Positions 11,496 to 23,188 of a DNA stretch of 64,000 nt are shown one piece after another. Every line of letters begins with the position of its first letter. Position 1 is the stretch's first letter. The stretch lies in the NCBI GenBank assembly GCA_016748015.1, contig JAAOMT010000627.1, positions 310,001 to 374,000 of the forward strand, in the 5' to 3' direction. The notes under the pieces are model-generated. The model did not search any database, was not told where the DNA came from, and worked only from the letters and a program-made list of their open reading frames with translations. The position numbers and the translations under genes were made by a program. The DNA is from Geosiphon pyriformis uo1. Its lineage: Eukaryota > Fungi > Glomeromycota.

Positions 11496-13051
11496 ATGGG
11501 TGATTACTCATATCTGCCACAGTAATCAGAAGAACATTTTGCAGCACACAACAGAAACGACCTAGATTTTATTAAACTTAATCCTCTGCCTTTCTGCTTA
11601 ATTTGCTTCCCCCTTGAAGAACAATCCAGTAGACAATTCCAAGACTTTTGGAACTGGTTCCTGAATAAGCATTCAGCTGAAACTTACACAGCTTATACAA
11701 CCTATTACTTTGACCAAGCTTATTTTGAAAATGACTTTGAAGAAAGAAACAACAGTATCAATCAGCTCTTATATTCTGCAACCTTTGAACAACAGCCCCC
11801 TGATTTCGAATATCTGAATCATCAAATCCACATTTGGATTGCTGCCCATCAAGCAACTAAAACTTCCTTTAAAACAGAAAAAGAAAGCTACCAAACTGCC
11901 CCTGTTTTTGACCTTTTATCAAGCGAATTAGACTTGTTTACACAAACAGTTACCCCTGAACCAATGGCTATAACCCCATGCAAGCAAACATTCTGGCCGC
12001 CCTCCAAAGTATACAAACTGTTCTAGGAAGAAGAAACAATACCCCACTACCACTATTTAGAGGTGATGCACAAGATTCAATTGAATGGTTGGATGATTTT
12101 GAGAGAGCTGCCACAGCCAACCAGTATGATGAAGAATACAAGTTCTAAATTATTGGTGGCTACCTCCAAGGCTCTCCTGCTACCTGGTTTTCACAAGAAA
12201 CAGATGCTAATGCTCAATACAGAATAATCAGATGGACACCAATCAATGCTAAAGAAGAAAATACCTCTTTCACTACCCAATTTGAGGCCAAGTTCAGAAC
12301 CCCAATATTAATATTCAAATGGCGCATGGAATTAGAAAAAAGAACCCAAGGCCCTGGAGAAGTAGTGACTGAATATACCAAAGCCATTAGAAAGCTAATC
12401 AAATGTGTAGACTTTGGGAAAAACTGGACAGAAGAACAAAAGATTCATTCCTTCACAAAAGGATTGAAAACCAATTTATCTTATGCTCTTTGGCCTCTCT
12501 TAGCCCTAAAAGACAACCCTACAATGGACATGGCCATTGAACTTGCCCAACGAATTGAAAACAACCAAAGAATACATTTGGGATCTACACTTCCAGTTTT
12601 TGCTTCTGCTCTTGTTATGGCTCCTGCCCCTCAAATGGCTGCTGCTTTTTTTGCTGCCCAAACTCAAGATCCAAATGAACAATTAATTGATAGACTCACA
12701 GCCAATCTTGCCCAGTTATTAGAACCTTTAGCACAAGCAGTCAGAGATAACCAGCAACCACTAAGACCTAGATACGAACCTTGTTTTAACCAGCCCCAGC
12801 AACCTCCCTATCAAAGACAGCAAAATTGTGGCCCACTTGTGTGCTATTGTTGTGGATTAACTGGACATTATTTAAGAGATTGTAACAATTCTCTACTGCC
12901 TCCTCTAGCTCCCAGAAACAATGACAACCAAAACAACAGACCCAACAACAACAACAATGTCTCCAATCAAAGACCTAATTATGCCAACATCAATTTCTTT
13001 GGAGAGGATTCCCTAGTTGAAACCACTGTTTATCAATCTTTAAACTGGTAA
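11496..13051 (+). pseudogene. E2 gag (capsid-like domain plus CCHC zinc knuckle), disrupted
   Basis: ATG at 11496; EWLDDFERAATANQY and QGPGEVVTEY..AIRKL capsid-like motifs; CYCCGLTGHYLRDC knuckle; stop TAA 13049-13051. Confidence 0.88.
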
Positions 13052-13076
13052 GCACACCTCCAAAGAGTGAGAGTGC
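13039..13076 (+). promoter_or_regulatory. Putative programmed -1 ribosomal frameshift site (T TTA AAC plus stem-loop)
   Basis: Gag codons TCT TTA AAC TGG TAA give a correctly phased X XXY YYZ heptamer; the -1 frame is open into the protease ORF; hairpin GCAC..CTC CAAA GAG..GTGC starts 6 nt downstream. Confidence 0.8.
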
Positions 13077-16000
13077 AAGCCAACCAAAAGAAAACCCCTT
13101 TTATGCTTTTAACTTAACTGATAATGACCATAACATGGATGAACTAGCAATTAACCCCTTTGAATTCACAAGAAAAAAGAAGAAAGCCAAAGTTGATTTC
13201 ATTCTGGACCCCAATAAAGCTTCTACATCAACTGCTGACAACAATGAACCTCCAAAAGCCAAAGTTTTCAAGAACTCTTCAAAGTTAGAACCCCCAGAAA
13301 TAGTACAAAAATCCGGCCCCTATTTTGTTGTCAAAGACTTCATGAAAACCCCAGCACATATAACCTTTGGCCAATTAATGACCCATTCACAATTCAGAAA
13401 AGATCTTCACAAATCTCTGATTTCAAAGAAAAAGACACCCAAAACCAACAAACGCTCTCGCCAAGCTGGACTTGCTGACAATAGCAATGTCACTCCTCTA
13501 ATTTGCAAAGCCCAAGTGGCTGGCTACTTCATTGATTTAATTCTAGACAGTGGATTATCTGTTAGTGTTATTGCTAAACACTTTCTTGAAGCAATTGGCA
13601 GAAAAATTGATGAACTATCTACATGACCAATAACCAATGTGCATGGTGATAAGAAGAAAGGGCTTGGCATAGCCAAAGCTATTCCTGTTTGCATCAATGG
13701 CATCAGTATTGAAACTGATATGGAAGTATCTGAAGTGAAAGAATATACTATCATTGTTGGCAATGAATGGCTCAAGAAAGCAAAAGCTTTGCTTGATTAT
13801 GAACTCTGTGAACTAACCATCAGATGTGATGAGAAACCTATTGTGGTTAAATGTCACCATTGGACAACTCCCCCAGTACCCAAACAGAGCCCAGAAAAAA
13901 ATAAATCAGACGAATCAGATGATGAAGAAAGTAAGGAAGAAGAAAAACAAGAAGAACAAGAAGAAACTGTTAAACTCGCCTATACTATCTTCACCAGCAA
14001 TGGCAAACCACTGGATAATGTCAAGGCAGATAAAGAAGGAATCATTGTCAATGACAAGCTGATCTGCTGGCCTTATTATGACATGCTCAGAAGAACCTTT
14101 AACAGAAAGCCAGGCAAGAAAGCCAAATACAATTATTGGTGGCATGGTCCTTGTGCCCAGTGCTGGTGCGACAAACCATTGTATTTTCCTAGCAATGAAT
14201 GCATGTTCTGCCTGATATATTACAAGGATTGGGAACCAATCAGCTTGATACCCCGTAAGGAAATAAAAGAAGTCCAAAAGTCCTTTGAAAATGAACCACC
14301 TGAAATCCAATCACTGGTTGTAAAACAAAGAGAACTCTCTCCAGAAGAAAAAAAGATAGATATTAAAAACCTGCTGACTAGAAACAGCCCAGTTATCTCA
14401 AAAAAAGGTGAACCTTCTGGACATACACATGTGATACAACACACCATCATTACCAGAGAAACTTGCCCCATCTATTTGAAGCCCTATCAATCTAACCAGC
14501 ACAATGATGAGTTTATCAAAAAGAAAATAACCCGAATGAAAAACCTTGGATTCATACAGAAAACCAAGAGTAAATGGGCATTCCCAGTTGTAGTGGTATC
14601 CAAAAAAGGAGGAACCCTATGCTTTTGTGTTGATTATCGCCAATTAAATGCCATTACTGAAAGAGACATGTACCCACTTTCCAAGATTGATGCAATGCTA
14701 GACCAATTTCATGGTGCCACTTTCTTCTCAACTATTAACTTAATTGCTAGATTTTGGCAAGTAGAGATGGATCCAGAAAGCAGAAAAAAAACTGCCTTCA
14801 TCACCAAGTATGGCACCTACAAATTCACAGTCATGCCTTTTGGTCTCACAAATGCTTCTCCCACTTTTCAATGCTTAATAGACAAAGTATTTAAATCAGT
14901 AAAAGAAAACTTTGTTCTAGTCTACTTGGACGACATAATGGTATACTCAAAAACCTGGGATAAACACCTTGAATATTTGCAAAAGGTTTTTGACCTCCTT
15001 AGAAATGCTGGCCTCAAGATCAATCCAATCAAATCATTCTTTGGACATCAATCCACTCAGTTCCTTGGTCATCTTATTACAAAAGATGGAATCTTCCCTG
15101 ATCCAGCCAAAATTGAAAAAGTTCAAAACATTAAACAACCAATGAATGTTCATGAACTATGCTCTTTTCTTGGTTTGGCCTTTTATTATCGCAAGTTTGT
15201 CAAAGATTTCTCCAAAATCGCCACTCCTCTCAATCAGCTACTTAGAAAAAACATCAATCATCACTGGGGCACTCATCAACAAAAAGCATTTGAAATTCTG
15301 AAGAAAAAACTGGTTACAGAACCCATCCTCATGCAACCTAATCTGGATCAACCTTTTATCCTCCATACTAATGCATCTGGCTATGAATTTGGTGCTGTTC
15401 TTTCCCAGAAAGACGAAGATGGCAGGGAACATGCCATAGCATATGCCAGTAGAACTCTCACACCAGCAGAAAGGAACTACTCAGTCACTGAGCAAGAATG
15501 CTTAGCAGTAGTTTGGGCTACCAGCTACTGAGACAAATATCTTAAGGGTGTAAAATTTTTGGTGGTAACAGATCACCAAGCTTTGGTTTGGCTACACAAC
15601 AAAAGAAACCTGGATACTCCACTTGGATGAATTCAACTATGACATTCAATACTGCCAAGGAGCTAATCATCAAAATGCCGACGTTCTCTCCAGACTTACC
15701 ATCCAGTGATAGTAAAACCCTCTCAAACCAAACCAACTTAATTATTTGTAACTCCCCCACAAACAAACATGATAATGGACTTGGACAACTACTCTGCTTT
15801 AATAGAATTTTTGGGTAAAAGACAATACCCACCAGACTATACTCGACAGCAAAGAGAACATTTGCACAAACAATCAAATTTCTATTTGATTCGCCAGAAC
15901 CAGTTATATAAAAGAAATAGAAAAGATCCTGACTGCCCTCAAAGAGTTATTAGATTTGAAGAAAGAGAAATTGTGATCTACAATATGTACACTGATCCAT

Positions 16001-17028
16001 TAACTGGACACTTTGGAAAAACAAAAATGATTCAGAAAACTTTAGCTCACTATTATTGGCCTACCTTAGAAAAAGACATTGCTGAATACATCAAAACCTA
16101 TAATACCTGCCAAAGAAGAAGAAAACCCAATCACAAGAAAGATATCCATCCGATCTCTGTTGGTCAACCATTTGACAGAATTGGTATAGATGTTGTTGGA
16201 CCTTTAACAGTAACTCCTGATGGCAACAGATACATTATCACAGCTACCGACTATCTTACAAAGTGGGTAGAAGCAAGAGCCACCCCAGATCAAACAGCAG
16301 TCTCAATTGCCAATTTCATTTATAAAGATATTATCTGTCATTATGGCTGCCCCAAAGAACTTTTATCTGATAGAGGAAGAGCTTTTCTCAGTACACTGGT
16401 TAAAGAACTTTGCAGAAAAATAGAAATACATTATAAACTCTCTTCCCCTTATCACCCCTAAACAAATGGTCTAGTGGAACATTTCAATAAAACACTATGT
16501 GAAACCCTAGCCAAAACCAGTGAAGAAACCAACCTATGAAACAAAGTATTGCCTTCAGCTTTGTTTGCCTATAGAACTGTGAATCATGACATAACAAATT
16601 ATGAACCTTTTTATCTGCTCTATGGATGAATGGCAACTCTACTAATAGAAACGGATATAGAAACAATACTTTTTGAAGAAATAACAATAGGAGATTACAA
16701 GAACATTTTGCAAAGAAGACTTGGTACTATTCTTGACTCATTGGTAGAAGCATGGATAATTGTCTTTAAAAAGATAAAACAGTTCCAAGAGAAGCTCAAA
16801 AAGAAAAAGACCTATAAAACACTTTCCTTAAGTGTTGGTGACTTAGTTTTGGAATACCATTCAAACAAAGACAATGTCTATGGTGATAAATTCTCCAGCC
16901 ACTGGAAAAGACCTTTTATAGTCAACAAAGTTTTGAACAATGGTTCATATATCCTACAAGATCAATATGGAACAATATTCAGTAATTACCCTATTCATGA
17001 CACACGACTTAAGAAATATCACAAATGA
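13040..17028 (+). pseudogene. E2 pol: aspartic protease, RT, RNase H, integrase, with premature stops
   Basis: LILDSG; CVDYRQLN, MPFGLTNA, YLDD; LHTNAS..GAVL, RNYSVTEQECLAV; GHFG..C, IGIDVVGPL, LLSDRG, SSPYHP. Confidence 0.96.
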
Positions 17029-17075
17029 CCTGATTAGTTACCTGTTGTGGTAATACTGACCCAAATGATCAATAA

Positions 17076-17711
17076 AAATCAGATATAAATAAATGCACCA
17101 TTTCCAAAACAGAGGTATCTTCAATTGACATAAACAATTATTTTCTAGATCAAAACATTCAAAATGCTTTCTACACTCTCCATGAGTACTGGATCAAAAA
17201 TTATCCAAATGCTACTCTGACTATTGGAAAACAAACCACCATAACTGATAACAGTGGAACACATACTGTTATTAGACCAAAGAAAACCACTACCAGAAGA
17301 GAAAAAATTGGTAGCAAAATGGATAAGTATTTGCTGGAAAGCATAACAGCAACAATACTTACATCTTCCATGACAATTGGAAAAATAATTAAGAAAATCT
17401 TGCTCATAGACAAAAACTTGTCATATGGAAGACAACTAGAACTCTATGGTTGTCTTGATGAAATTATAAAAGAAATGAAGCTCATAAAGAAAACAACTTC
17501 AGAGATACAAGTGGAAATTTTGGGCATTATACATTTAGATGTCCCAAGAGTTTTGACCATTGCAAGAAGAGCCAAAACTCTTATACAAAAATTTGGTCTC
17601 TTGGATACAAAGCTTATTTCATCTCAAGTACTATATACACTATTCACAAAAGACTTCAACAAACTAGTTAGTTTTGAGTTAGACAAAAATCTTCAATTAG
17701 ATATCCTATAA
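17076..17711 (+). CDS. E2 accessory ORF3 (frame open for about 211 codons; start possibly ATG mutated to ATA at 17085)
   Basis: The listed ORF 17319-17711 extends without stops upstream to 17076; same genomic slot and similar motif pattern as E1 ORF3. Confidence 0.65.
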   Translation, partial: KSDINKCTISKTEVSSIDINNYFLDQNIQNAFYTLHEYWIKNYPNATLTIGKQTTITDNSGTHTVIRPKKTTTRREKIGSKMDKYLLESITATILTSSMTIGKIIKKILLIDKNLSYGRQLELYGCLDEIIKEMKLIKKTTSEIQVEILGIIHLDVPRVLTIARRAKTLIQKFGLLDTKLISSQVLYTLFTKDFNKLVSFELDKNLQLDIL

Positions 17712-17754
17712 ATAACTTGATTTCGCCAGAGTTCAATCTCTTTGAAGAGGATAA

Positions 17755-18420
17755 TGTTATGGTTGAAACCCATAATTTTTATTAGTTATCACATGTATTA
17801 GTCACTGATGTCATATAATTAGCCACTCTATTTTTAGATAGTGATTATTGATCTGATCAATGACCTGACTGTTAACCTAATCATTGACCTAATCATTGAC
17901 CACTTTTATTAGCTATATAAGTGATGAGTCTCTTAGCTGTAGAAAATCATCTCTCAGACAAGAATCAAATAAATAAAAATAACAACTTTCATCTCAATCA
18001 CTCTCTTATCACTAATTTCCTTTTTCCTACCTTCAAGTATCTGAACATCTTAGGATAAAAGATTACTTGTTGGCCTTTTCCTAACGTATATAATTGTAGC
18101 ATTTGAAGATTATTTGAATAAACATGACTAAAAAGCACAAGTTGATACTTGATATTAAATTTTAAGAGCGCCAACGTAAGGCATAGAATTATACCAGTGG
18201 TGATCAATTGTTGACAGTATGGACTATCTCTCTACCTTTAGATTTCCCAGTTACTTTTGAAAAGAATAGTGACTGAGATATTTTATGAGACTGATCTTGC
18301 ACATTGAATCCATACTCATTTAATTCACTCATTGAAGTTGAATTCCCTTTGATTATTTCCATCACCCTACAATCCTGTTCTCCCTTGCTATCCATTAGCT
18401 TGTTACTCCAACCCGTAACA
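17755..18420 (+). repeat. E2 3' LTR (666 bp), preceded by PPT GAAGAGGA
   Basis: TGTTATGG...CCCGTAACA; 12-bp tandem duplication relative to the 5' LTR. Confidence 0.96.
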
Positions 18421-18966
18421 ATATAATAATATATATTAATTGCATAATAATTTTATAAAAACTGCTTATTTTAAATTTAAATTTAAAAAAATACAAAAAT
18501 TTAAATAAATAAGCTTTTAAATAATGTAATTTTATTGTTTAAATTGTTTAAATAATATAATTTTAACATTAATTTAAATAACCAATTATATGCAAAAAAT
18601 ACATAAACTATTTGTTATTACAATTATATAAATTGTAATTAAATTACATTTATTAACATTTAATAATAATAAATAAAGTTATGAAAATATTTATAAACAT
18701 TAATTTAACAAAACCATTTTAATAATACAAAATTTAAATTTAAGTAAATAAATCATTTTTTTTACTATGGATTCAAATTTATGGCTCCAAACTTAAAATT
18801 TGTGAACAAATCTAAAGCCTATGGCAGGCTTTGAATAGTTTGTTGATTGGCTCAAGACAAATTCAGTACACAATATTCATGCTGTCAATTAAAAAAATGT
18901 GCAATCATTTAAACATTTGCAGCGTAGCAGCCTCATGTATGCTTTAAATTATGTTATTGTTTTTAG

Positions 18967-21900
18967 TCATTCGGAATGAAAAAATGGTGAAATAGGGAAC
19001 CACTCTTTACATTTAGTCCGAAACATTTCAGCTTTTGGAGACTGGAAAGTCGTTACCAAACTCTTATAAACATCGATGCAATTCTTTTGAAAGGGATAGG
19101 ATATAAATCAGTACAGAAATAAAATTCGTTTTAAACATTCATAATGACATTGAAATGGCAAACCGGTAATGTTCTTGTAGCCAGATATGCTTGGTTATCG
19201 ATGATATCTAGTAACATATCTTCAGCTTCTTGTTTATATTTCAAATCTATGAGAGTTAACGTCTCTGCTCCCAACAGTAAATGTGGAATGAAACCTATGT
19301 TTCTGTTCATAAATGCAGTGTTGAAATCCCGAAGTGGGACTCCCTCAGGAAGAATGCTTGCACACTGTTTGGTAATAACTTGGGCTACAATTTTGTGAAT
19401 CTTGGAATCTTGGTCGACTGCAAAAGTCAAACAATAATTTAGGATTATTTTGAGTTGTAATTAAGAAATTTTTTATTTACCGGTTATCTTAAACATAATC
19501 ATATTTTTGTGGAGGATCGGATTGTTTTTCTCAATTTGTTGCGCCCGCAAAAGAGACCTGAGGGCTAAGAGGTATTTTTCTGTAGTTTGAAACAAGATTA
19601 ATCGTGTAATACAAGACAAAGAAAGAAACAAGCTTAGCTTTTAGTATTTTAACTGACTTTTTCTTAAATAAATATCAAAACTCATCAGATGAGTTTCAAT
19701 TTTTTTCGAGGCAAGTTCTTGCAGTGGCCTAAGAAATTTTAGAGCATCAACTAAGGGGTCGAGAGTCTATTTTTTAAAAAAAAAGAATAGTCGATACTCA
19801 TAACTGGACATGTTTATTTATTCGGTAGCGATAAATTTGGATAAAAATTATACATACTTTTACGAATTTTTCACCATCAGGATCTTCATCCGGAGGTTTA
19901 TCTACAATTTTTCTTTTAGCCTGTTCCTCTGAAGGTTAGAATCACAGGAAATCCCCAAGATTAATAAAAACTTTATTGAGGTAAATAGAACATAAATCTG
20001 GAACTCTGCTAACCCTTCTTTGCATCTTCTTGTTGAGCCTTAACAGCAGCTTTCTTAGCCTTACTTTTAGCCTTTTTTATTTCACCTTCAGTCATATTGG
20101 CTATGAACAGAGCTAACGTTGGTAAGTTCCTCTCAAAAAGCTTCCTCAGTTTTCGGACTTACCATAATCTTCCTTTTCTTCTCCGTTGGTAATGGAGGAT
20201 GGATTATCGTATAGATTCAAGTAAATCTATTGATATACATTTAAGTAATTTGAATTTCAGTAATATCTTTCAAAATTTTTCCTACATACTTTGATAGCAT
20301 TCTGCGCTGCGCGAAAATAATAAGGGTGTGATCGCAATTGATCTTCTAAACGCAGCATGCTTCATAAAGTGTAAACGGTAATTAATATGTCTAAGATACT
20401 ATTAAGGAATAAACCTAGTTTTGGATAAAATTACCTCAAGTAAGCGCGGAGTGTAACTTTGCGCAAGCAATAAGAATGAAAATCAAATTGGTCTTCAGTA
20501 ATATCCGCGAAATGCTAGAAATATTGGATTAGTATGTTAAATAATTTGGCTTATAAAATTTTTACAGAAAAAATCTTACTACCTTCTCAATTTGATAAAA
20601 TCGTTTGAGTGCTTTGCCGAACCTTCTATGTCTCATATGACATTCACCTTCCTCTAGAGCAAACCACATACATTGCATATCCACAAGATCTGTTATTGGA
20701 TCCGGAGCATCACCCTAAAAGATGATTTCAAACATTAAAATTTTAGTTTATTATAAATACCTAAAATCAACAGCCAAAAACATACTCTTGTAAAAAGTCC
20801 AACAATCTTTTCGGCTTCTGTCAGTTGACCGTTTCTAAGCATGTATTTGGTGCATTTTGTATTGATAAATCTATCTTGAAAATCTAGTTCCCGTGCTTCG
20901 TTCATTACTTTCATCGCTTCAGCTACGTCTCCACCATGCTATCGTATTGCCAATATGTATCAATTAAGACTAATTTGCGAGCTAGATGCCATCGAATATA
21001 GCTGTCAAAAATCGGACCTTAAGAATACGACCCTTCGTCATGTACAATTCAACCATGGTAGGAGTATGGACAATCGCTTCGTTTATTAGCTCCAGGGCTC
21101 TTGTGGTGTTACCCTTATGGTCATAATGTTGAGCAAGAAAATTAAGTGTCCACAAATACGCTGTTGGAGGTTCCTTGACTTCAGAATCGGTTTTATTGAA
21201 TGTAAATGTACTATTTGTCTTCAAAGACTGAAGGTATCCTTCCAGAAGGCTCTCAATTAATTTTTCTTTCTCAGGATCTTTGTAAAGGTTTTTAATATTC
21301 ACGAACAAAGAAAATACGCCTTTGCGAAGCATTGGCTGCAAATATTCATCCAAGACCTTCCTGAAATTGTCGCCTGATAAAAATAGTAAGTTAATGGATC
21401 AAATAAAAGTTGAATATAATTTTATAGCTTTTTAATGACCAACCAGTCGTAAACTGTAATGGATATCGTTTGATGAAATTTGATCTTGGATATTTTTCTC
21501 CAAATTCTTTGAACTTAGTCATAAGTAATTTTTGCTCCTCTTCGTTTAGTCCTTCTGATCCGAGCATGAGATTTTTTAGACTTAGTGGAATTCGAGACTT
21601 CTTTTACCTTTTTGAACTGAAAAAATAATTCTCACCAGGATTGATTTTTCGAGACTTTAGAAAGCCTTCGAAGTAATGGTTGCAATCTGGATTACAATCA
21701 ATTAATTCTAAATATGTAGCTTCAGCTTCTTCGTATCTATCAAGTTTCAACAGAAACTGGGCTGAATTAAATTTAAAACAAATGAGTTGGAATTTGCCAA
21801 GCGCATTCTTTCATCATCAGTATAGGGCGCAAACCTCTTTTCTCTTTCCAAGATATTCGATCACAGACTCCATGTTTAATATCATCAAGATGTTGTAGAG

Positions 21901-22963
21901 CTGCAAAGATGTTGCCACTTTCTTCGATGATTAGATTATGATACAAAAGCATTTCACTATGTTCGAAATCCATTGGCCCTGGCTTTTCCTTTTTGTGAAG
22001 GATTGAGCAATTCACTTAGAATCTAGTTGTATTCACATAAATTGAACAAATATAATACCTTTAGTGTATCTTGATGTGCCTTCAATACGTTTTCCGCTGT
22101 TTCGTAATTGCCTAATAAGTGATATGATATAGCAAGGCCCAGCCAATACTTTTGATTGGTTGGTTTTTGTTGTAGCAATTGGTTTATTGAGTCCTAAAAT
22201 CGCCAGAAACTTGAGAATTCTGATAATGTTGAAATTTGCATAGACGTTTCAATCATGAGCTTTCTTACATTGAAAGCTTCGTAGTTTCGCATTTGAATCA
22301 CCAGCAAGGAATAGTCTCCAAGTATTTGCATATTGGCCTTTTTAACATTGATTATCAGTAAAGTAAATTATTTTTTATGAATTCATGTTATTGAAAAACC
22401 TTATCAATCTTCAAGGCTTGGGTGTAACATTTTAACGCTTGGGTATAATTCTTGTCAGATCGGTGTAGCAACCCATAAACATGCCAACCTGGTAATTATT
22501 TAATTTTTAATTTAACTTGATGATGATTCAGAGGATAGATGAGATTCATAAACTTACAAATATGACTATACTTTAAGTCGTAACTTAAGCCTTTTTTGAC
22601 AAATTCATAGGCCTCTTCTTTTCTATCCATATGATTGAGAAAGAGCCCTTTCATTGCCAAAGTATCTAAGTGAAATATCAAATTTATTTAATAATCACTC
22701 ATTAATTTGTTTAAATCATGCATCCAGAATTGATACAGGCTTAAGATGAGCCTTTACCTCCATGTTCTGGAAATTTTCTCAATATCTGTTCAGCGGCCTT
22801 CAAGCCTTTTTTGTACTGTTTGTATTCGTAGCATTTCTATAAGGCAAATTCGTTTATTCTACTGAACCAGAGTGCAGATGTACAACAAAGCAACACGACT
22901 CATAAAGCTACTTGCTAAAATATGCTTAAAAAGGCCAGACTCTTTTGATGGTAATTCCCTCAT
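18967..22963 (-). CDS. NAT1: N-terminal acetyltransferase A auxiliary subunit (NAA15/Nat1, TPR protein), multi-exon
   Basis: Spliced translation [42 protein letters not shown]; EHSEMLLY; [17 protein letters not shown]; [19 protein letters not shown]; [12 protein letters not shown]; DEDPDGEK; ends [10 protein letters not shown]. Confidence 0.93.
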
Positions 22964-23188
22964 TTTACTTTAATACACGAATTATGAATGCATAAACGTT
23001 GAAGTTAGCAAAGAAAAGTAGGCATGGAAAAAAAAGATAATGGATTGTGGAACTAGTAGTTGCCAATAATTAAATAACAAAATAATGTGATTTCAGATCT
23101 GTGATTGATTTAATTTTTTTAGCACTGAACTTACCCTGGAACAAACGAAAGCTTCAAAGAAGTAATTGTAGACGCAAGTGTCACCATT

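Larger units (their letters stand above)
10790..18420 (+). mobile_element. Complete Ty3/Gypsy retrotransposon E2 (LTR-PBS-gag-pol-ORF3-PPT-LTR) with 4-bp TSD ATAT
   Basis: Paired LTRs; TSD ATAT at 10786-10789 and 18421-18424; domain order PR-RT-RH-IN. Confidence 0.97.

Noticed and set aside
13028-13066. Short intron or 38-nt insertion that would fuse E2 gag and pol
   Set aside because: Much shorter than the host introns here (about 60-100 nt), and the phased slippery site plus hairpin explains the frame change better
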